From Candidatus Fermentibacteraceae bacterium (GTDB taxonomy: Bacteria > Fermentibacterota > Fermentibacteria > Fermentibacterales > JCC-6), in contig JBGSZS010000016.1 of NCBI GenBank assembly GCA_041750285.1, forward strand, positions 43,591 to 107,590: a DNA stretch of 64,000 nucleotides, read 5' to 3'. Position numbers and translations under genes: made by a program. Every line of letters begins with the position of its first letter. Positions within the stretch are counted from its first letter, which is position 1. The notes below the pieces were generated by a model. It saw only the letters and a list, made by a program, of their open reading frames with translations, did not search any database and was not told where the DNA came from. This document shows positions 38,186-45,548 of this stretch, in pieces.

Positions 38186-39510
38186 AGCGCTGACAGGTAG
38201 AATCTGGCGTCGCCCGGTCCAAGGTCGACGGGAAAACCGGCCCCTGCGTCGTATCTGAGCCTTCCCGTTCCTCCCCTCAGGCCCGCCCCTATCGAAACCG
38301 GTTTCGAAAGCCCCCCGAGTGTTTCCAGCAGACCGATGTCCGAGAAGACGTACAGCCTTGTCGCAGTCTCGCCGACCGACACCTCGGGAGAGACCACCCC
38401 CCATCTGCCTGCCCTGAAAACGTTCTCGGGGTAACCCCTCAGCGTCCCGTACCCCCCAAGCCTCCACAGCCCCGATGTCAGCCAGCCGCCCTGCAGGATG
38501 CCTCCCCCCTTGATGCCGAGACCGAACCCGAAGACGCCCCGGTAGGCCACGACCGAAGCCGAGCCCTCTGCCGTCGCCATGAACCAGGTGGACAGGGAGT
38601 CGGCAGCAGGGTCGGACGCCGTTCCGCCGGTCGTGGAAAGCGTTCCGGAAAACCCCTCTCTTCCCTGCGGAACCCTTTCGGTGAAGTCCCAGGCCAGACC
38701 GACCTCTCCGTAATCGTAACGCTGCCTCTCTCCTCCAGCGGGCCATCCCGACCATGAACCGCCGCCGCCAGATACCTCGATCCCGCCAAGATCGTAGAAT
38801 AGAAGGGTTTCCCACCTGCGGTTCACGCTTCCGGAGTCGGGTATCTCCTGACTGAGGAACACGCTGAACCCCGCCGGCGTTCCGAACAGCCAGGGTTCCC
38901 TGTAGAGGAACGATCCGTCGATGCCGAATCCGGTTGCACGGGCGGAGAGTTCAAGCCTCCGTCCCCCCCCGAAGAGGTTGGAAAGAACCAGTTCCCCGCC
39001 ACCCAGAACGCCCGACGCCTCACCGTAGGACATGCCTCCCGAGAACCAGCCGGGGCTTGCCTCCTCGACGGGCAGGTAGATGACGATGTCACCCATCGGG
39101 CCGAGATAGAGTTCGGGAACACCCACCCCCTCAAGAAAATCCAGCCGATCAAGCGCGTCGAGCCATCTCGAAACGGCTTCGGGATCGTAGGTGTCGCCGG
39201 GCTCGAGCGAAAGCCGCCGGAGCAGCAGACCCGGCCTTGTGCGCATCCCCTCCGGGAAGCGGACCCCCTCCAGTGAAGCCCTTCTTCCAGGAACCAGGTT
39301 GATCATGAGGGTGTCGGGGGATGAAAGGTACATACCCGCCGAGGCGAAGGGATAGCCCATGGAGAGGTACCAGGCCAGTATATCCCGGCTCAGGTCGGAG
39401 AGTGCGTCGTCGGAGATCTCCACCTCGATCCCGGTTGGCGGAAAGGGAGGCGAACCGGAGAAGCCGACAGCGGCAATTGCTTCCAGAACAAGCAGGACAA
39501 GGGCGTTCAG
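38173..39510 (-). CDS. Omp85 (BamA/TamA family) outer-membrane protein with a POTRA region
   Basis: GYPFA, NLFGGGR, YREPWLFG and LGGYGTLRGY.E. Start probably CTG 39510 (the ORF track starts it at 39549). Confidence 0.82.
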   Translation of the reverse strand: MNALVLLVLEAIAAVGFSGSPPFPPTGIEVEISDDALSDLSRDILAWYLSMGYPFASAGMYLSSPDTLMINLVPGRRASLEGVRFPEGMRTRPGLLLRRLSLEPGDTYDPEAVSRWLDALDRLDFLEGVGVPELYLGPMGDIVIYLPVEEASPGWFSGGMSYGEASGVLGGGELVLSNLFGGGRRLELSARATGFGIDGSFLYREPWLFGTPAGFSVFLSQEIPDSGSVNRRWETLLFYDLGGIEVSGGGGSWSGWPAGGERQRYDYGEVGLAWDFTERVPQGREGFSGTLSTTGGTASDPAADSLSTWFMATAEGSASVVAYRGVFGFGLGIKGGGILQGGWLTSGLWRLGGYGTLRGYPENVFRAGRWGVVSPEVSVGETATRLYVFSDIGLLETLGGLSKPVSIGAGLRGGTGRLRYDAGAGFPVDLGPGDARFYLSALYSI

Positions 39511-42500
39511 AATGACACCGTGCCTTCCAGTCCGCCTGTGCGCGTCCACTCCCCGCCGGCCGGGCGCCTGCCCCGGAAAAAGAGGGAAAGACGTATCCAG
39601 CGGCCAAGGTTCCTGCCAGCGTTGACACTTCCGTCAAGGGTCACACCCCGGTTGACGCCATCGAAGAACCATGAGGGAAGATCGCCTTCACCGGGGATGA
39701 GGGATACTGAGTATGAGGCGCTCGTGATCCAACCGCCTGTGTTGACCGAGAGGTGGGGACGCAGACCGTATGATGTCTCGGAGAGGAGGGTCGAACTCTC
39801 GCGCCTGCTGTCCGCTGAGAGCTCCACTCCGGCGGTTATCCCCGGTGTGGGAAGGTACCGGGGGTCAGCGGAGAGGAGCAGTCCGGTGATGCTTCTCGGG
39901 CCGTAGAGGTCGTCATCCTTCCTGGAAACCCTGCCGGAGAGCTCCAGCTCCACCACCCGGTCGAGGCGAAGAAGGGGAGTCAGACGCGCCGACCGTTCCG
40001 TGCTCCTTCTCCGGCCGGAACCGCTTAGGGTTTCCCGATGATCGGAAGCGGAGAGCCTGAGCGTGAACCTCCTCAAGACCCCCTCCTCCCATGAGAGCCA
40101 GGGCGCCAGGGACACCGACCACTCACCCGGGCTTTCGGAATCGAACGCACCCGCAAGAGTGAAGGTCTTCAGCCTGTCGTACGGGTCGGAGGCCTGGAGG
40201 ATCAGGCTTCCGTCAAGACCCACGCCCTCATCCCTGTAGTAGCCCGAACTTTTCAGGCCGCACTCCAGAACCTTCTCCTCGCCTTCGCCTGACTGGAAGG
40301 ACCTGTCGTACTCGCCTCCGGGGTCCGGGTAGTACTCGCCCGTTTCCGGGTCGTAGCTGTAGTCGCCGTTCCCCTCGCCGACCCATGTGTATATGATCTC
40401 GACCGATCTACCCAGATACCCTCCGGCGGAGTAGTCGGTATGCGACCACCAGCCGGTACCGTTAAGGGAAAGCCCCAGTTTCATCGCATCGGCCCGGCTG
40501 ATCCCCCCCCCGGGGAACCAGCTCGTGGAATGGTTGTAGGTGCCGTCGAGGTCCCATGTCGCACCCCTCCCCTCCCCGGAGACGCCGGCCCTCGCCATCC
40601 TGTCGGGCAGGCCGCTTCCGTTGCGGCGGTCAAGAGCCCCTCCGGCGAAGACCCTGAAGTTCCACGGCCCCCTTTCCAGAAGGGTTCCCAATTCCCCGTC
40701 GTGAAGCCATCCGGAAAGACTGTCGGCCCATGACTCCCTGGCGGTGGAAAGTGAGAGGAACGGCGTAAAGGCGCCGGCCCGGTATGAAAGGTTCGAACCG
40801 GCACCGACCCTGTTCCCGTCGGTCAGTTCGGGAGCCCCTGCCCTTCTGCCCGCCCCTCCCTCAAGCTCGAGCGTGAGGTTCGAAAGGGGTATCAAAACAT
40901 CGGCCCCAATGATCTCCACCGAACCGCCGTCGGCCAGAAACCTCCTTCCGGCTGACAGGTTGGCCTTCTCGGAGGCAAGCCCGGCTTCGCCATAGGAATC
41001 GTTCCCCGTGAAACCGGCAGGAAGCAGCCATCGGGAAAGGTCGTTGTCGGAGTCGGATTCGTCAGGGAATGAGAAACCGCCGGACACCATGCGTCCCCTG
41101 GCGAAAAGGGAGGGACCGTCGGACCAGGGTTCAAGGACCAGCCCGGTGGAGAAGAAAGAGCCCTCCCTGGTTGTTCCGGCGGTGTTGAAAAGGTTCCCCT
41201 CCCGCTTCGAGACCCAGCCGGAAGCCTCGGCGGAAAGCGTTCCGTATTCGCCGTGAAGTGTTATGCCGCCCAGCTCCCTCATCGCCGGAATGTCGATGTA
41301 CCTTCTGGGCAGGTGTGTTCCTTCACCCTCGGCAACCCAACTGTAACCACCGGTGACCGAGTCGTACTCGTAATCACCCGGGCCGGCGGGCGGCCTTTGA
41401 AACGTCACATCCCACTCCCCCCCCCCGGGGCCCAGGTAGACGAAGTGCCCGAGGCTGTCGACTCCGTACGAACCCTCGCCCTCACCGAGATAGGTGGCAC
41501 CGGAAAGCCAGGCGTCCGACGGGTTCTCACCCGCGTTCCTCAACACTTCCTCAGCCTCGGGGCTCATCACGAACCCGAGCGGGGAACCGGTGTCGTCACC
41601 CTCACGGAAGAATCCTGACTCGATGCCAATATCACCCGAACCCAGGGAGACCGCTCCGGTCATGACTCCCCTGCGGAAGCCGTCACCCTCGCGGTAGCAG
41701 GTGGCCTCGACCCGCTGGTCCCTCCGGATCAGCCTGGCTGCAGTGAACGTGAGCCTTCCACCCGGGTAATCAACGGTGTAGTCCGCGGAACTCCCCCTGC
41801 TGAGAAGCACACCGTCGAGGTAGATCCTCTCGCTCCCCGGGGTGACGCCCGAAGGTGCGAACGAATAGGGACCCTGAACGCCCTCCTGGGTCAGGAAGAC
41901 TGCATGGTAGCGCCTGGCCCCTGTTATGCCGTAGCCCATGCCTCCCGTCAGTGCGTCACCGGGGGAGACGGTGCCGGCAAAACCGCTGAGACTCCTTCTG
42001 TAACGCAGGGGAGTGAGGCCGTCGCCCGTCCTCTCCCTCTCCATGTCTCCCAGTTCAGCCGCCCAGGCTTTTCCTTCGACAAGGAGGTTCACCCTGTCAA
42101 GCTCCGACAGGGCTTCCGATGACGCGGCTCCCAGTGGGAGGCTCTCGTCGGTTATCGCGCCGCGGACCGTCACTCCCGGAACGAGTGTGCCGTCAAGCGA
42201 GAGCCTGGTGCCCTGCACGAGCCCCCCGTCCGACCCGAGCGAGACACCAAGCCTTTTTACTCCGCTGATGTAAAGGCCCTCACCTGCCGGAGAGACCCGG
42301 TGTGAAGGCCTGATGTCAACAGGAAGACGCGCCAGGGGTTCGAGGCGAAGCTCAACCGAGTTCGGCCGTCCGACGGGAAGTGTGTCGAAGACCAGTTCGA
42401 CTGCAATCCCGGCGGCCGGAGGGGGTTCGACCTTGAGCCCGACAACCGCCCCCCGGGCTGAGTTGAATGCCCGGAGCGTGTCGCCGTCGACCACCGCGAA

Positions 42501-42611
42501 GGAACTCCCGGGAGAGACCCATACGGAATCGGGAATGGGGAAGAACCCTGTGCCGTCGCTGATAGTGGTGATCGAGAGAGCCGACAGCAGCCCGAGGACG
42601 GGGAACGTCAC
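39507..42611 (-). CDS. Large outer-membrane beta-barrel protein with a SprA-like segment
   Basis: Signal peptide, QEGVQGPY...GSERIYLDG..L.RG..DYTVDY..G motif, many amphipathic strands and a C-terminal Phe (EGTVSF). Confidence 0.6.
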   Translation of the reverse strand: MTFPVLGLLSALSITTISDGTGFFPIPDSVWVSPGSSFAVVDGDTLRAFNSARGAVVGLKVEPPPAAGIAVELVFDTLPVGRPNSVELRLEPLARLPVDIRPSHRVSPAGEGLYISGVKRLGVSLGSDGGLVQGTRLSLDGTLVPGVTVRGAITDESLPLGAASSEALSELDRVNLLVEGKAWAAELGDMERERTGDGLTPLRYRRSLSGFAGTVSPGDALTGGMGYGITGARRYHAVFLTQEGVQGPYSFAPSGVTPGSERIYLDGVLLSRGSSADYTVDYPGGRLTFTAARLIRRDQRVEATCYREGDGFRRGVMTGAVSLGSGDIGIESGFFREGDDTGSPLGFVMSPEAEEVLRNAGENPSDAWLSGATYLGEGEGSYGVDSLGHFVYLGPGGGEWDVTFQRPPAGPGDYEYDSVTGGYSWVAEGEGTHLPRRYIDIPAMRELGGITLHGEYGTLSAEASGWVSKREGNLFNTAGTTREGSFFSTGLVLEPWSDGPSLFARGRMVSGGFSFPDESDSDNDLSRWLLPAGFTGNDSYGEAGLASEKANLSAGRRFLADGGSVEIIGADVLIPLSNLTLELEGGAGRRAGAPELTDGNRVGAGSNLSYRAGAFTPFLSLSTARESWADSLSGWLHDGELGTLLERGPWNFRVFAGGALDRRNGSGLPDRMARAGVSGEGRGATWDLDGTYNHSTSWFPGGGISRADAMKLGLSLNGTGWWSHTDYSAGGYLGRSVEIIYTWVGEGNGDYSYDPETGEYYPDPGGEYDRSFQSGEGEEKVLECGLKSSGYYRDEGVGLDGSLILQASDPYDRLKTFTLAGAFDSESPGEWSVSLAPWLSWEEGVLRRFTLRLSASDHRETLSGSGRRRSTERSARLTPLLRLDRVVELELSGRVSRKDDDLYGPRSITGLLLSADPRYLPTPGITAGVELSADSRRESSTLLSETSYGLRPHLSVNTGGWITSASYSVSLIPGEGDLPSWFFDGVNRGVTLDGSVNAGRNLGRWIRLSLFFRGRRPAGGEWTRTGGLEGTVSF

Positions 42612-43306
42612 TCCAGCACCAGGGGGGGGTTACCGCCGCCCCAGAGCACGATGATCCCGCCGCCGGGCTGGGCGGACACCCTTGTGTGATAAACGGGATG
42701 GAGCAGCGTGTCTCCGTCAGCCCCGTACAGCACTGAATCACGCAGCAGAAGAACATGCCCGCCGTAGGGACAGCCCTCGCCCCGTGGGCTCAGCAGAAGC
42801 GGCGCTTCCCCCTCACGGATACGGCTGACGCCGCCTCCCGACAGGATGCCTTCACCCCGCTGGAAAAACAGCCGCCCCGAAGAGGGGGCATCGCGGGAAA
42901 CGACCAGACCGTCTGTGTTGAGGACCTCGCCCCTTTCGGTCTCGATGTACCAGACCGACATGCCCGAGAGGACCAGGTCACCAGGGGTTCCCGGAACTGA
43001 GGTTGTGGAAAGAGGCCTTACGAACCTGTCGAAGACCGTTATGGTTCCGGCTGCATCGGACACCAGGAACCCGCCGGTACCATCGAGGCAGAGCCCGGCC
43101 GGTCGTTGCAGACCGTCTAGCAGGAATCGCGAGGGTTCTCCCGAGGGAGGGACGATGTGAAGCTCGGGCCTTCCCTCGGTGAGGACCCAGACCGACCCGT
43201 CCCTTGCCACCTCGAGATCGGCGTAGTTCCCCGGCGGGAAAAGGTGCAGGAAGAGGAGCGGGAGGCTAGCGAACCACTGCGAAACGACCGCACTCCACAT
43301 TTTCAC
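42608..43306 (-). CDS. NHL/beta-propeller-like exported protein
   Basis: Blade-like motifs LQRPAGLCLD..G.FLVSD and PGDLVL, with a hydrophobic N-terminus. Confidence 0.55.
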   Translation of the reverse strand: MKMWSAVVSQWFASLPLLFLHLFPPGNYADLEVARDGSVWVLTEGRPELHIVPPSGEPSRFLLDGLQRPAGLCLDGTGGFLVSDAAGTITVFDRFVRPLSTTSVPGTPGDLVLSGMSVWYIETERGEVLNTDGLVVSRDAPSSGRLFFQRGEGILSGGGVSRIREGEAPLLLSPRGEGCPYGGHVLLLRDSVLYGADGDTLLHPVYHTRVSAQPGGGIIVLWGGGNPPLVLE

Positions 43307-44894
43307 CCCGAACCAGGCGGTAGAAGTAGATCCCCGATGCCAGCCCTCCTGCGCCGGTGTAAACGATCACCCTTTCACCGGAAGGCTGGTGGCCGAAATC
43401 GCGGGTGTCCACCACGGAGCCGGTCTGGTCGAAGACGGCCAGACTGACCGGAGCTCCCTGGGAAACGAACTGGAAGTACAGGTCCCCGAGACAGGGGTTG
43501 GGGTAAACGGCGAGCCCGCCCCCCACGCTGCCCGCCGAGGCGGTCACCGAAAGGCCCGCAAAGGCATTGTTGATCAGCAGAAGAGTTCCGGGCTCGTCGA
43601 GGGGGACCGCGACATCGCCCGTTCCGCTCACGTTCACCGGTGTCAGGTCGGTTTCGGTCAGAAGGTAGGCCTCCATGTTGCCGATACCCGATGCCCCGAT
43701 GCGCAGGCTTCCGGAGAGACCTTCCGTGATCCGGTAGTAGAGCCCCTGGTAGGAACCGATGTCGAGTTCGGGCCCCTGCCATGGTGTTTCATCGACGATG
43801 CCTGTCCAGTCGAGACCCGGGCGGTTGCCGGGCAGAACGGTGTCGATCGAGGCCATCGTGAAGCCATCCCAGCCGTAGCCGCGGCCGGCGTCGTCTATGA
43901 AGCACGAAAGCATCCAGTCTCTCATGATGCTGTCAAACACCGGGGTCTGGCCCGTCGCAAGGGCGATCGACTCCTCTATGTTCGCCACCCCGCGCGCATC
44001 GGAGCGGATGGAGTTCCAGATGAAGTCGCGACCGCCGTAGTTCTCCATCAGGTATGAGAAGAACAGAAAGCCCGCCCCGTAGCCGGCAACGTATCTGATG
44101 TCCGTGAAGTCGTAGCTGGTCCAGTTGATCGGGGTCACCCCGCCGGTCTCGAGAAAGGTCTCGACCTGAAAGGCATTGTAGCCGCAGACGTAGGGCCCGG
44201 TCTGGGCCTGGTTCTCGAGCACCCAGAGTTCCTGTGAGCTGAAGGGCTTGATCCCCCAATGGATGAGGTGTACGAGCTCGTGGCTCGCCACGAAGGAGGC
44301 GTCGGACACCCTGCCCGGGCTGCAGTCGACGTAGAGGAGCTCAACCTCGTTGGAATGACCGCCGTAGTACAACCGTGCCTCGAACTCGGTGAACTGGTTG
44401 TAGGGGGAGAAGTAGCCCGCGATGTACCCGGGATTCGTCACGGGGTCCCAGCCGTCGGGTATGTCGAGGACCAGTATGTATGCCCTGGGGTCGTCATCGA
44501 GTTCATCGGGTATCGGGCCGAAATTGTACTCCAGGTTCGCGATGATCCCGGCCGGGCCTTCCAGTTCTTCGTACAGGCTGTCCACCCCGCTCTGGTCGAA
44601 GCTCCTGCTCTCCCACTGGGTGTCCTCGACGAAAATGTAGGTTTCCTCCCCGACGGCCCGGCATGTGGCCGAGGTCAGGTAGAAGGTGGTGTACTCGTCA
44701 ACGAAGCTTTGGGCCCAGAAATTGACGACGTCTCCCACCTGATGCCCGCCGGAAAGCAGGGCAAGCTCTCCCGTGGGGGGGTACATGGGATTGTGCCTCT
44801 GGTTGATCCCGATGATATCGGGGTAGAAGAAAGTGCCGCTCACCGGCATTGGTCTTGACGCCAAAAGGAGCAGAAGCGGAAGGAGCGGTCCCAT
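43266..44894 (-). CDS. Secreted zinc metalloprotease (HExxH, M30/M6-like) with a Por-type CTD
   Basis: Signal peptide MGPLLPLLLLL, YIAGYF and SHELVHLIHW. CTD: VYPNP...VFDQTG...LASGIYFYRL...FAVVR. Confidence 0.78.
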   Translation of the reverse strand: MGPLLPLLLLLASRPMPVSGTFFYPDIIGINQRHNPMYPPTGELALLSGGHQVGDVVNFWAQSFVDEYTTFYLTSATCRAVGEETYIFVEDTQWESRSFDQSGVDSLYEELEGPAGIIANLEYNFGPIPDELDDDPRAYILVLDIPDGWDPVTNPGYIAGYFSPYNQFTEFEARLYYGGHSNEVELLYVDCSPGRVSDASFVASHELVHLIHWGIKPFSSQELWVLENQAQTGPYVCGYNAFQVETFLETGGVTPINWTSYDFTDIRYVAGYGAGFLFFSYLMENYGGRDFIWNSIRSDARGVANIEESIALATGQTPVFDSIMRDWMLSCFIDDAGRGYGWDGFTMASIDTVLPGNRPGLDWTGIVDETPWQGPELDIGSYQGLYYRITEGLSGSLRIGASGIGNMEAYLLTETDLTPVNVSGTGDVAVPLDEPGTLLLINNAFAGLSVTASAGSVGGGLAVYPNPCLGDLYFQFVSQGAPVSLAVFDQTGSVVDTRDFGHQPSGERVIVYTGAGGLASGIYFYRLVRGENVECGRFAVVR

Positions 44895-45541
44895 CAGAAC
44901 CTCGCCCCGATCGTGAACATCACGGATGAGTAGTCGGAGACTTCGGGAAACGAGATGTCGGTGTACACCCCGGGCCGTGCCGGGTCGAGTAGGGCGGCGT
45001 CGATGGCGCTCACCACGCGGTTCACAACGGCGAACATGGCGATGTAGGTGGTGCGCCGGTACCATTCACGGCTTTCGCGGAGGGCGTCGCGGTACGCCAG
45101 GCGCTCGGCTTCGCTGCTCCAGTTCCAGCCCGTCCCCTCGGGGACCGAGTGCTGCTGGAAGTACTGCTGCTGGGCCACGGGATCGTCGGGGTAATAGTAT
45201 CTGGCGAGCTGTCTTATGTATGTGTTGAAGTCGTCGCTGCTCATGTATGCGCCCACATCGTCCTGAAAGTCACGGTTGCTTTCAGACACGTCTATGCCCG
45301 CCTTGTTCAGGGCGAGCCCGCGGAAGTTGTCCTGCTCCCAGGTCGCCTCGATGTAGGAGAGCCCCACACCCATCCAGGTGGCCGCTTCCAGTCCCATGAA
45401 AACGAGGCCCCGGGTCTTGTGTCCCAGGTGGTCCTGCCCCCAGCCCGGAAGCAGGAGGGACCGGGCCATTGCCGCCCTGTCAGCGGAAGCCACCGATACA
45501 AGAACGAACGCAGAGATCAGAAACAGTATTCCGGTTTTCAA
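44894..45541 (-). CDS. Exported/membrane hypothetical protein (DUF5683-like SLxxPGWGQ motif)
   Basis: Signal peptide, ARSLLLPGWGQ, NRVVSAIDA and C-terminal Phe. Confidence 0.6.
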   Translation of the reverse strand: MKTGILFLISAFVLVSVASADRAAMARSLLLPGWGQDHLGHKTRGLVFMGLEAATWMGVGLSYIEATWEQDNFRGLALNKAGIDVSESNRDFQDDVGAYMSSDDFNTYIRQLARYYYPDDPVAQQQYFQQHSVPEGTGWNWSSEAERLAYRDALRESREWYRRTTYIAMFAVVNRVVSAIDAALLDPARPGVYTDISFPEVSDYSSVMFTIGARF

Positions 45542-45548
45542 TGCGACC

